Shown here: positions 23,273 through 35,560 of the stretch, piece by piece
How positions within the stretch are numbered: the first letter of the stretch is position 1
Layout: the number at the start of each line of letters is the position of its first letter
Source: Yuukianura sp. NJ FZ-2021
Taxonomy: Eukaryota
Reading direction: 5' to 3'
Assembly (NCBI GenBank): GCA_046563655.1
Contig: CM102287.1
Location: 6,014,001 to 6,078,000, forward strand
DNA: 64,000 nucleotides
The notes under the pieces: model-generated
What the model saw: the letters and a program-made list of their open reading frames with translations, nothing else
Database searches by the model: none
Told to the model about the DNA's origin: nothing
Program-made: the position numbers and the translations under genes

Positions 23273-25672
23273 ATGGATCCAATTTCATTATCCGCAGAAC
23301 TAGTTGTAAGAAATTACCTCAATTTTCACTTTTTCTAAAAAAAACACACGAAACATTGGCGCATTGCAACAATTCTTAAATTTACACTGGGGACGCCTAG
23401 GACGCTTTGAAAAAACTTAAGCACACGCTCGTTTCTCAAGTGGTTGGAAACTAAGAATGAAACGGAATTGTTTTTTCGTAATTTGAACACGCAAGTAGAT
23501 GATTAGACTTCATAAGCGTTCTTGCGTGCAACAGTTTTAACACTCCCTACAGGTCATCATTTCGAAATTCAATATTTTATTAACAAGCTCAAATTCAATA
23601 TTTACAAGAAAAAAATTCGTCACATTTTCAAATTAAATATTTAGGAACAATAATTTTTTTCTTTACAAATTGAATTTCAAATTACGAGAAATTCAGTATT
23701 TTATCAACACACCAAACCTAAAGTTTAAGTGCTTTCTCCGGGTTTCCGGATTTGCGAGCTGCGCTAAACTAAACTTAAGTTTGAAAAAACTAACTCTGCT
23801 CTAAAATTAATGGCTTTGGTGCTTTATTTGACTTTTTCTATCAGAAAATGGCCCCAATGCCACCAGTGCCAACGACGGAAGCAGCGCCTTCTGAAATGAG
23901 TCTCCGTCCCTTACGGAATTTGGAAAAAGAGCGGGAAGCCGAAGAGGCTTCCAAAAAACGCCGTGGACGCAAACCTCTGAACGACCTCTCTGACATCGCT
24001 AAGAAAACTTTCCGAGCGGAATACGAAGCCTCATACGAACCGCCTGCCTTCTCCATCAAAGAATTGAGAGACTGCGTCCCTGCGCATCTCTTCGTGCGCA
24101 GCCTCTGGACTTCTTTGGCCTACATGATCGCCAACTTGGCAACCGTCGTTGCCCTCTTTTACTGCGCCACTTTCATTCCGAAGGCGCCATTTTGGATTCG
24201 GTGTGTCCTCTGGCCGACTTACTGGTGGTTTCAAGGAGTTGCAGGCGTTGGCATTTGGATTCTGGCTCATGAGTGTGGGCATCAGGCTTTCAGCGACTCC
24301 AAGACAATCAACAATACCCTTGGCTTCTTTCTGCATACCCTCGTTCTCGTGCCGTACCATCCCTGGCGTATTTCGCATTCTCAGCATCATGCCTCGACTG
24401 CTAATACGATGTTGGACCAAGCCTACGTTCCGCGTACCAAATCCGAGTACGTCATAACCTAACTAATCCTAACCATGCACGGTATAACTTCAGTACTGGC
24501 TCAACAATGGCCAGACCGATCCAAAATAATCGGGGAATCTTGCCTTTTTTTTCGCGAATGTTTTTTCGTCAATACTTTTTTGGACAGGATTTGGCCTAGT
24601 CGGGCGTCACGCGTTTAAACAAACTGTTCATAATTTTGAAAAACTAAAAACTTTGTTATGGGAAATCCTATGTATTCTAAAATCCGGATTTAAAACCGGA
24701 TTTTTTAAACAAAATCCGTCACCGCTTTCTAGAAATGCGGATTTAAATCCGGATTTTTAATCAAAATTCGTCAAAATTCAAATTCCAAGTTTCTAGAAAG
24801 CCGTGACGGATTTTAACGGATTTTGATTAAAAAATCCAGATTTAAATCCAGGTTTCTAGAAAGCGGTGACGGATTTACACCCCTACTTATCATACACGTC
24901 GCTGTGCGAAAAATAGTCCGTACATGAGTGTCCGGAAACTAAATTAATCAGCTTCGATTCCTAATTCGCTACCTAACTTAACAAACCGATTTCCACTCTG
25001 CTTAGGTACCGTCCCCACGGAGATCCGTCCCCATGGATGGAAGCGATCGAAGAGTCACCGATCTTTACGCTCGTGACGATGCTGGGAATGCTGCTCTTTG
25101 GATGGCCCGCTTACTTCTTCCTTCACATGTCAGGCCGAACCTACGAAGGGCGATTTGCTACTCACTTCATGCCATCTTCCCCGATCTTTGAAGAGAAACA
25201 CAAGTGGCAAGTCCTGACCTCTGACCTCGGGATACTCGTTATGGTAGGCAGTTTGGTCTGGTGGGCCAACGTCACTTCATTCTGGGTCATGTCATCTTTC
25301 TATGGCATTCCGTATCTCATCGTCAATGCCTGGCTCATTACCATCACACTGCTACAACATACTGACGTGTACTTGCCGCACTATGCTCCCGATTCCTGGT
25401 CATTTGTGCGCGGGGCGTTGAGTACCGTGGATCGCGATTACGGCTGGTTCCTCAACCACGCCTTCCACCACATCCATGACTCCCATGTCGCTCACCACCT
25501 CTTTTCCCAAATGCCGTTCTACAATGCAATCAAAGCCACGCCCTACTTGAAGGAAAAACTAGGCGAGTACTACTTGTACGACCGAACGCCTGTTTGGAAA
25601 GCCTTGTACCGTGCTGTACGAAACTGCAAGTACGTAGACGATGCTGGCAGCGTTCTGTTCTACCGACGCTAA
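23273..25672 (+). CDS. Methyl-end (Delta12/omega-type) fatty acid desaturase B (exons 23273-23305, 23845-24446, 25006-25672)
   Basis: His boxes HECGH, HSQHH and HVAHH, co-linear with copy A. Phase-2 intron GA|gtacgt...cttag|G restores KSEYRPHGDPSPWME. Upstream exon MDPISLSAELV|gtaag is in frame. Confidence 0.92.
24678..24885. mobile_element. Palindromic MITE-like remnant inside the desaturase B intron
   Basis: AAATCCGTCACCGCTTTCTAGAAA...GGATTTAAATC (from about 24712) is inverted at about 24816-24876. Many AAATCCGGATTT units. Ends ACACCCCTA. Confidence 0.65.
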
Positions 25673-26480
25673 AACCCATTTCCATGTTATAGGTAACCCA
25701 AAATACCGTAACTGCACTCCCTTGTTGTAACTAACGTGTAGAAAGGTGGGGCCTTTGTTATATATTTAAAAATGGCGCTCAATTTGGCGCTTCATTTTAC
25801 TCAAGGTAACAAGTTTTCCCATTTAACTGTAAAAAACGATAGGAATCAGTATTCAAAAATTAAGTTTAGAGTAATTGTTGGTCTAAATGGACATATTAGG
25901 AGCTTAATTAACTTAGCAAAAGTGTACGTTTCATTAGTATACACACAAAGACAATGTCTCTTGCTGCTCAAATGTTACATTCCAATGGGATAAGATGACA
26001 AATGGAAGTTTATGAGGAAGATGAACCTGCTCGTCCTTGAAGAAATAGTTAGAGAAAGCGTACTGTCCTTGGAAACAATTTTTAGAATCTCGCAAAAGTC
26101 TCAATGTTGTGAACTCGTCGCTGTTAAAAGCAGTTTTTAGTCTCTGATCTCTCCACTAATTAATCATCACTTTCAAGTATTCTTCTGTTGTATGAATCTC
26201 TAAATCTTATCAGAAAAAACGTGAGCAATAAGATATACATTTCGATTTCCTTCAAGCAGTCATCCTTAATAAAAACGATAATTTCAAAATCCAACCAAAA
26301 GTTGACGACGCGACAGTAAAATAAATTGCAGCAAGAGAAATTTACGAGAAAAAGAATTTAAAATTAAATTACGTTCAAAATTTTCAAATTTTCAAATTAC
26401 CTCCAAAGTAAATGAAATTTTTATTGAAAAAATAGGGTTTAGTTGACAATTACTTACAAATTCCCCCTTTTGGGGACAAG

Positions 26481-27082
26481 TTAAACGTGCTGAACCGAAC
26501 TGGCGTTGTTTGAAAACGGATTCGGGGGAGGCGTTGGAATGTGACTTCCGACTGGTTGAAATCCATTTTTGTCTAAAAATGAAATTTCGGAAATGAAAAA
26601 AACTTTGAACATTGAATTTGGAAGTATTTTTTCATTGGCAAAACATTTTTTATGGTTTACCGGCAACGTATGTTACGGAGATTAGTTCACCGTTGGGTGC
26701 TGTGTAGGAGTAGCTGCCTTTTACTACTTCGCCACCACCACTTTCCGCTTCGTCACTGGCAGCGCCACCTACTAGGTCCGATTTGGCCACACTTCCCGGT
26801 TCCGTTACTCCGGACTGTTCGGCCTTGAATCCATCACTAGTTTCAATCTCCCACTTGAAACTTCCATCCCCGTGGTTCTCAAATTCACTTTTCAGAATGG
26901 TCGCCACAGTCTTGTTTTGCTGCGACAGGGCTGCAGGAGGCTGTGCTGAGTTCGGACTCTGCGGACGACTTAAGCCAAGCGCCACCAATGCTAGAACTGC
27001 GACGGCCTGAAACAAATTCAAAATACTTCAATATTTTCAATTTTTTTTAAATTTAAAATCTCACCGTTTTAAGGAGAGTCAT
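26481..27082 (-). CDS. RR-1 cuticular protein (3 exons)
   Basis: Signal peptide, then ATILKSEFENHGDGSFKWEIETSDG...VVKGSYSYTAPNGELISVTYVA|DKNGFQPVGSHIPTPPP, the classic RR-1 signature. TATAAAA near 27148-27154 on the minus strand. Confidence 0.93.
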
Positions 27083-27408
27083 CTTGCCAAGTTCAGTCCG
27101 AGTTTAAACAATCAAGTGACAATATGTGAAAGACAATTTGTTTGGTCTTTTATACTTCCAATGTTCCCACAACTTGAGCATCAATTGTGACAACAATTAG
27201 CAATGTAAATTTCCATCCCTTCTACAAGTTAAGAAATTGCCAAATCCTAATTAGAACCAAGTCAAATTGTCAATATTACTCAAGTCCAAGTTATCAATAT
27301 TCATAAAGTTACAGTTGTTCAATATGAAAATACAGGGGTACATAAAATCGTTCTCGTCTAAACAAATTTTGAACAGCCTGAACAAGTTATTGTGGAATTT
27401 TGAATTTT

Positions 27409-30400
27409 TCACTTGTAGAATTTGTTTGAATTCATAGTCCAGGTAAGCATTTTCTGGAAGAGCTCAACATCCAAATCAGTGATGAATTGTACGTTACTTT
27501 TTACACTCGACTCAAAATCAAATGACACATGACCTCTCTGATTCCCATGGAGTTCCATTGACACAGGATGACAGCTCGTTGAGCGGATGACATTCGGTTC
27601 TATTAAGGCCGCCATGATGGTGGAGTCAAATGGTCTCCATGTCCCTAACTGGTGAACTCTGCCCCCCTCTTCAAAAGCACTTTTCTCAATTAAGTTCATG
27701 AATCTGCACTCCGGAGTATCTTCCTTCCCAAGCACATTCAGTCTCCAGTCCTGAAATATTAAACAAAAACATTAAAAAACAATGCTTCACAAATTAACTA
27801 AAAAACTGAAGAAAATTCGCCATTTGTGCATAGGATTCGTCCCAGTCCCATAATCACGCTGTTTCATACAAAGATCTGTATTAACTGATGCCAAAAATAC
27901 TGACGATGAAGGTAAAAATTGAAGAAAAGAATTGAGCCACGAAGGTCAAGAGGTCAAATTAAACTTTATTGACGATGTCTGGTTTTCATAAGGTCAAATA
28001 CGCTGGAACGACGCCGTTCAGTCCCTACAGTAGTGTCCCTCCGGACGTCAGTACTCATTGTCGACAGCCGTCGCATGTGTGCTAGTGACTCTCTCTTTAT
28101 CACTGACTTCCTCAATGTCGTCGATTCCCGCAGCACCCTTTCCTCCTCCACGTCGTAGTCCCACGGAACAGCAAACATTGCAGCCATGTCAGCTCTCTTC
28201 AAGAGCTGTCTGGAGTATCCCTTGTAATGGTAAACTATATGCTTCGCCTGTAATTTTAAAACAAACAATACAAAAATCTTTCAAAATTTTCAAATTTTCA
28301 AATCAATTGCAACGTACGCTGACGTCTTCGTAGTCAAAGTAATTAATTCCGAGATTCCTAGCCAGTCTCCTCGCAAGTAGTCTCATCACGTGCTCATTCC
28401 TACCGTATCGAGACAGTTTGATATCCTCCACAAGATACCTAAAACCAACAACAAGTTATTCAGATGATACTAAATCCAAGATCATTTTCCAAAGTGACTG
28501 TACCCGCCTACAATGATGAAATAGTGGAAGTCATTCAGAGAGTCCATGCTGCGAGCCAGCCTGATGTACACGTTGTATATTTCCTGTTCTGCAAGCACTT
28601 TCTTGTTGGCTTGAATACGCAAAACATAGCCACCCATCTAAAACCATTCCAAAAATCATTAACATTTGAAAAATTAAACTTTTAGAAAAAACACTATTCT
28701 AAAAAGTGAAAGTTTGACCTACCCGAGATATGATGAGTTCTCTTGTACAGAGGTGACCGTAGAGCAAGTACAGTGCAAATAAAATGGCCATGACGCACAT
28801 GAATGTCGGAAGAGGATAGTTTCCTACCATGACATGAAACAATATAGTGAGGAAGACGACTGCTGTAAGACAAATGAGTCCTTCGACAAAAATGTCCGGC
28901 CGGAAACGAATGTAATACAATCCATTTCCCAGATCTTCAAATGGATAATACTGATTAACAGAAAGATTCCAGTAAAAGTCTTCTTCGGGACTGAATTTCC
29001 AACGGGCTTTGACTGATTTCCACCAGGAGGTGCCACCCACAATCATGCTTTCGTTTTAGGCACAGTTTTCATTTTCAGAACTACATTTTGAACAAAATTA
29101 AGAAAAATTTCCGAAACTAAAGCAAAAAGTTGTTCCGTGTACAAATCGGGGAAGAGCCGGTAGCTACGGAGACGAATCGTCTCCGATTTTTAAAACGATT
29201 TTGCGTATCGTCTCAGACGATATGCAAAATCGTTTGAAAAAATCTGCCGAAAATTGCAGCGAATATCCAAATCTCGAAGCGTTTTTGGACGTGGGCGACG
29301 TGTTGTAGAGCACGAGCGAAATCTAACTTCTAAGATTACATATTGGGTACGTTTTGTCATGTGTGTCAAACCTAATATGTCTTTCTAACTTACCGGAGTC
29401 TGTACGGCAACTTCGGAACCAATTTCCTTCGGTGAAACAATAATTGGACAAGAAAAAGAAGTCAGCGTGACATGGACACTTTCAGGGTCAGAGAGGAAGT
29501 TAAATTCCGGACCATCAGTGCATAAATCTAAACACAAATTCAGGAAATTAGTAAACGTATTGAAATGCAACTTTCGTTCTAAAGAATACTGTCGTCCTAA
29601 AGTACTCAAATCTGCAACATACCATTACTACCGTTTCCTCCCATAATAAAAATTTCCTTGACTAGATTCTTAATCCGATCATCAGCTCGTACTGCAAGTC
29701 CCAAATTGGTCAACGGTCCCAAGGCCACAATTGTTAATCGTCCTAATGTGAACAAAATTTTCAAATCAAGTTAACAAAGTGTTCTATGCGGTTAGTTTTT
29801 TTTTTCATTAAGATGTAAATTCAACCTGCGAATTTCTTAGCCATTTGGATTATAACATCAACAGCGTTTTGCGGCTCTATTTTGGCTTCCGGTCTTTTCA
29901 AAATGGCTTCATCCACGTCTCCGAATCCATTACTACCATGATGAGTAGCCTTGGAGTGAAACGCAGACGGAGTAACCATTGGATGAGCAGCGCCACGAAA
30001 AACTGGAATCTAAATTATACCATTCCCTTCAGTTTGGGTTACAAAAATAGTTTGCATTGAGTATTTAATGAGTAAAGACTTACGTCAGTAATTCCCATTT
30101 TGTCCAGAATCATTGTTACGTTAACTGTCACATTGTCTATGGTCGTATTGCCATGAACACAAGTGATTCCAACAATCCGAAAAGGAATGTCCGGATGCTG
30201 ATGGGCCTTTAAAGCCATGATGATTGCCAACGTGTCATCCAGCCCGGCATCAGTATCAATCAAAACGATTCTCTCCTGAAAAGAAATAACACAGATTTAA
30301 CAGTTTTGGAATTTTGGAAATTGGTACTTCTAGAAGGGAGAAAAAGTAGACTGTTGAGAGTTGGAGCATTTGAGTGCTCAAAATTTGAAATTTGTCAAAT

Positions 30401-30513
30401 TTGGACACTGTCGGACCGACAATGTCAATCGACTGACGAGTTTTAATTCTGATTTGAAGGAAGACAAAGAGGTTATAAATGAAATAAGAATGATGATAAC
30501 TTACAGTATTCAT
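27409..30513 (-). CDS. Inosine/uridine-preferring nucleoside hydrolase 1 (6 exons; last intron 29393-27751 is 1.6 kb)
   Basis: DTDAGLDD Ca-binding motif, ITCVHGN, HGSNGFGD, LGPLTNL, MGG and EFNFLSDPE. Last exon DWRLNVLGK...PFD...VSMELHGNQRG. Confidence 0.9.
27966..29046 (-). CDS. TMEM249: TMEM249 / CatSper-theta-like two-TM protein (exons 29046-28723, 28637-28504, 28438-28318, 28247-27966), nested in the hydrolase intron
   Basis: Spliced ORF with PEEDFYWNLSVNQYYPF, two hydrophobic helices, NVYIRLACSMD, LARRLARNLGINYFDYEDVS|AKHIVYH. These match, in order, motifs I recall from vertebrate TMEM249 (LKNNSFYPF, VYVRLALSSD, IARKLNINYFDY, SYRHVVRH). All three introns are GT-AG and frame-compatible. 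Confidence 0.8.
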
Positions 30514-31225
30514 GTCAGTTTTCAAGTTACTAAAAAAAATCCCGTTCCAAGCTCCGTTCGAGCCGATATTCGAAAACAAACTAAAGCGTGCAGATTTTGT
30601 TCACCGGCGACGCCTTTTGCTTGTCTTTGCCACTTCTTTCGTTGTCTTAGTATGCTATCTGTGTTGTCATCGGACGCTGATTGACACTGACCTCTAAATG
30701 TTAATGAGGAGAGTATATTAATAGCTGTGGTTTAATATTTAGAGGTTTCAACTATTGGCTAACTTACCCACAGCTTGCTACAGTAGGGATCCGATTCCGA
30801 CGCCTGCGCTCTGTAGTAAGGTCAGATTCTTAATTTAAGAAGCTTATGGAATTAATCAACATGATTGACTGATCTTACTGTGTACTGTCCTGTTATGAAA
30901 TCTTGCTCTTACGCTCTGTGTTCCGATTCTGCTCTCCGTAGATTTCCGATGAGCGAATCTAACCCTAATATAACCCTCCCATGTCAACCCCAATGCACTT
31001 TCCAGAAGTTTTAAAAAATCGGGGTAAGCTGAGTAGGGATTTGCTTTAAAGCTAATAAAATAAATAGCTGATTTAAAATCATGAATAAAATTTGTATGTA
31101 AAATGGCTCCTCTCATTTGTAATTTTTACTGGTACAAGTGTGGGACATGGGTTAACCATAAAACATAAAATGCATTGTACATTTCCAAAAATAAACTTGA
31201 AAATTATTATTATTGGTGCAAGTAC

Positions 31226-32717
31226 TTACAGCATTTCATATTCTATACCACCTACGCCCCAAAGCATCACCTTCTCAAACAGTTCTTGATCTATTTCACT
31301 AACAATCGTGGTCTTCTTAGACTGATTAAGAACATCCTCGGTGTCAACAATCATGAGGCCCCTCGTATGACGTCCAGCAACCTCCACAGTACAGTGATAC
31401 TCCACAGAATTCTTGATGACCTGAGCCACACAAAAAGTGTCGGAATCATTAACTTTTTAAAACCTTTACAACATCAATCATGATTCTTGAATGTTTGAAC
31501 AAGTTACACGATGGTCAATCAGGGCAGCGGCAACTACTTGGTCACAAGGCGTCCATCCGTTGTACTTCCGCGTCCACTTTGAAGCTGACAACACTTTGTG
31601 CTCGATTTTATTCATCAACTCAGCAGCAGGGGTGTCCACTTTCGCTAAAACATCTCGTCGCCATTCCTAAACATCAAAGGAAGTTAAATTTGCTAATTAA
31701 AAACACAAATGGAAGAACGGAACTGGTTCAGAAAGTAGGAATACTGTTTACCAATGGCCTAGTAGCTTGACGAAGACAAACTTCCCATGGAACAATGTAC
31801 ACCGGACAAGCGTAACTGGAAAGCGTGATATACGCTGCTTCCGGATCAAAGAAGAAGTTAAATTCTCCACTCACTGTCACATTTCCGACCCCTAAAAGAC
31901 AAACAATATGCCTATTAGTCAAATCTAATCAAGATTCCTAATTCCTAAATAATTTCCAAAATTCAATTGAAATGCTTGATTTTACCTTCGATGTTCCCAC
32001 CCATTGCATAAATCTCACAAACGCAATCACTAATCGTAGGATCCAGTCGGATTGCCATTGCCAAGTTAGTATGAGGGCCGAGAGCCAGGATACTCAACTT
32101 TCCTAAAAACAATAGTCGAAATACTGTTACTTTGATCAGATAAAGTATAAGAAATTAAAAAAAAATACTCACTAACCTTTGTACTCATGCGCCAATCGGA
32201 TTATGGCTGACACTGCGTTCTCGGACTCCAACTTGGGTTCAACCACGTCATCAAAAACGTCCCCAAATCCATCGTGTCCATGATATGGCGTCTCTTCTAC
32301 ATTCTCGTAAGGAAACACTACTGGCACCTCGCACCCTCTGAAAATTGGAATCTTGAAGGACGTGGTTAAGAAATGCTTATCATCCCAATGAACTTACTGT
32401 TATATAATTTATTTGAATGCAACTGCTTACCTCTTTCAGTCCAGTAACATCCAGAAGTCTGGTAACATTCCTAGTAACATTGTCGACTTTTGTGTTGCCG
32501 CTAAGACATGTGATTCCAAGGACTCTAATCGCATGCTTTGGAGATTTGTGTGCTTGCAAGCACATTAGAATGGCCATGGCATCATCAGTCCCAGCGTCGG
32601 TGTCAATTAATACGAATTTCTCAGTGGCCTAAAAAGTTACAGAACAAAATTAATGAAAGCAAACATCACTTTTCTTTAATTAATCAATTAATTTTGAATA
32701 ATTAAGAGCGTTACCAT
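31226..32717 (-). CDS. Inosine/uridine-preferring nucleoside hydrolase 2 (7 exons; first coding exon is ATG only)
   Basis: DTDAGTDD, ITCLSGN, YHGHDGFGD, LGPHTNLA, MGGN, GNVTVSGEFNFFFDPEAAYI, PWE, WTPCD and VEVAGRHTRG. Confidence 0.92.
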
Positions 32718-33084
32718 GATTGTTGTCCAAGTGTTAGCGTGCGTTTGCCGTGTGATGAATTAAGTGGAAGAAATACTAATCTTACAATTGAAAGTAAAGT
32801 GTTATCTACTTTATTGCTGACGCGAAAGTCAACAGGCCATTCAGCAAAGTGAGTGCGAAGAGTTTTGGATTATCTGAACCTTGAGCTTGACAGAAAGTGT
32901 GAAAGATGAAGCTGATCAGCTGATCCAAGATGTAGCCACGACACAAGAGATTTCTACTATGTCTGAATTCAAGCAAAGAGCAAAGACACAAAGATAACCT
33001 CCAATCGTTGACCTCCTTTACTGCAAACACTTTTGAAAGAGAAATTATAATGCGATGTGTAAATGTTTGTCATATTCAAATATG

Positions 33085-34488
33085 TTACGAAGTTAAGCTA
33101 AGCGATCTTGGACTCCTGCCGGGTCGAGTGGTGTTGAGCCGTCCATTAACTTTTGACAAAGCCAGAGGCGTTGTGTTGGCTCCAGTAAGACCCGACGCTC
33201 CGCCTTTTCCACGTCGATTCCGTAAACTTCGATTACTGATCTTGGGCTGCTCTGAAGATTCGCCAGCATTTGTTTTTGATGATCGTACGCGATTGGCTCG
33301 CTCAATTTTCTTTTCAGCTTCCGTCTTGCGAAGTCCTTTCATGTTTCTGGTTGGAAGGCGTCTCAAATCTTGTTTCGGCATATGAACACGTCCCAACTGA
33401 GATCCGAATGGATCTTTAGAAATATTCTTGACCTTCTTCGCCTATAAATTGGAACGAAATGGAATGGATAAGAAACTTTGAAATCGAAATCGTTTGACCT
33501 AAAAAGTGAAAAAAAAATCAACAAAAAACACGGAAAAGTAGGCAACTAACCTTGATTTCTTTAGGTTTCTTGCACGCGGATTTAAATAGGTCCAGGGAAG
33601 CCAACTTTGTTCGTCGTAATACCATGTCAGCTGACGGTCCAATTTCTTCTAGTTCTACAAACGGAGTTTTTTCGCCAGATTTTTTCATTATAATCCGATA
33701 ACTCCTCATGTAAACCTTGTTCTCCACCGCAGTAAACGAAATGACATGTTCAATTCCCTCGACTCGAATGTTCGTAACTTCCTCTCCATGAAATAAGTCC
33801 ACTAATAAATTCTTTACTCGGAAGAGATCTGAAGATGGAGTCAGGAATGCCTCTCCAGCAAACAGAAGACATGGCTTAATTCCAACCGCAACCTTAGCGT
33901 TCTTAAAATCTTCCAGGCCCTTAAAATTTTCTACCCCAAACTCAGCCATGTCCAGGACTTGGTGATCAAACATACGTCCAAGAACAAGGTTGTTGGGCCT
34001 CTTCTTATTATGAGATCCAAATCCGAATAGTGACGCGTCATGTCTCTGACAAAGCGTTTCGATTTCGTTGGCGGCTTCAAACGGTTTGTAGTCATTTTTC
34101 TTCGCAAAAAATACGGAATTTGGCTTCTTTAATTTGACCTAGATATTGGAGCCAAAGAATAATTGTGTTATGGTTCCACTCTAATGAAATTGTTATTAGC
34201 CAACTCTTAAATCCCTTACAATATCCTTGAGTAGTTTTTGCACATTCTCGCTACACTTCGTTCCACGAAGGAATATACTTTGTTTTGTATTCTCAATTAG
34301 TCTGGGCGCTCGTTTTTCCAACTCTCTCTTTCCGCGGTGTGTCCTGGCCTTTCTGTAAAGAAAAATTAACAAAAATTGTTATGATTTACCAACATCCGTT
34401 AATATTCTGCCATTAAAGATGCCAAATAGCACCAGATTTTGAACACGTTTTTAGAACAAACTTACGCAACTCTTCTTATGACTCCCAT
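33085..34488 (-). CDS. RPF2: Ribosome production factor 2 (Brix domain), 5 exons
   Basis: RTHRGKRELEKRAPRLIENTK, FGFGSHNKKRPNNLVLGRMFDHQVLDMAEFG, PFVELEEIGPS, GRVHMPKQDL. The exact C-terminus is uncertain. Confidence 0.93.
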
Positions 34489-35560
34489 TGCAAATGCTAT
34501 GGTTGGATACTGCCAGGAAACCTATAATTTGTCAAATTAACTCAATTAGTTACTTCCTCCAGACAAATCACAGATGATTTCAATTCAATTCAATCAAACA
34601 CGGAAACGAATCACAAAAGTTCCGAAAAAGAAGAAAAAATCTTCAATCTTTGAAAATGAAAACAAATTCCTCGTGTTAAATCCAAAAAAGGCGGGATTGA
34701 AAAATTCAAATTTGGGGCACGCTGCAAATAACCTTCAAGTCACGCTTATGAGCATGAACCTGAAAAAGAAAAGTTCACTCAATTTTTTTGCAATTCTTAT
34801 GTAACTTTCGCACACTTTTTCGCACAAAAGTTAGTCAACTTAATTAAAAGTCTAATCCCAATTAATTACTTGTTAAAATAAACTCTCAGGAGTGTTATAT
34901 TTTTATCGCCCATTAAAAACTTTACATGTGAGGAAATCGTTATCATTTTAAAATTATTCCCGCCCGAGTAGTTTTCGTTGGCATTCTTCTCCCATTTCAA
35001 ATAAAAGTGTTAAGATTTTAACTAATTAGTTCACAATTGCACCATATCATGCCCCTAATTATTTTCTTAATTTACTTTTGTCTCTGTGTCAAAAAATTCA
35101 ACAAGTCCAACTAAAAAACTGATGAAAGTCTTGAGAATAAGTTAACATTCCCAAGTATTTCTACTCAGTTGCTCCAGTTTCAGTCGAGTGAACCGAGATT
35201 AAGCCGTTCGTAGCGGAAGGAAACATATGATATATGAAGGATTGTTCAATTAATTCAAGTTACCTTCAATCCTTATAAGTCAAGGAATCCTAAAGTCTTG
35301 GTTAATTAACTAGATGAAGCAAACCGTGTTTCGCACCTTTTCCTAATAGAAGTTAGTGGGAAGCGGTGACAGGGACAGGAGCAACACGCACAGTTCGCAA
35401 TGCCTCTTGCACTAAATAACAGTCACCCCATGCACCATAATACCAACAAAACGTTGTATAAAAGCGAGGAATTAAGTTAATTAAACATCAAACACAAATC
35501 AGTAGCAATCTCAGCTCAGCTCAACAGTCGCAGTCGCCCCAAAACCAAAAAATTCTCAAA

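Noticed and set aside
21265..25672. Fungal or plant contamination as the source of the desaturases
   Set aside because: They are contiguous with arthropod cuticle genes on both sides, have host-like AT-rich introns and carry local repeat elements.
32806..33030. Extra RPF2 terminal exon or RPF2-hydrolase read-through
   Set aside because: An acceptor-like site exists, but RPF2 already has an in-frame stop at 33085 and the peptide is unrecognisable. It needs cDNA evidence.
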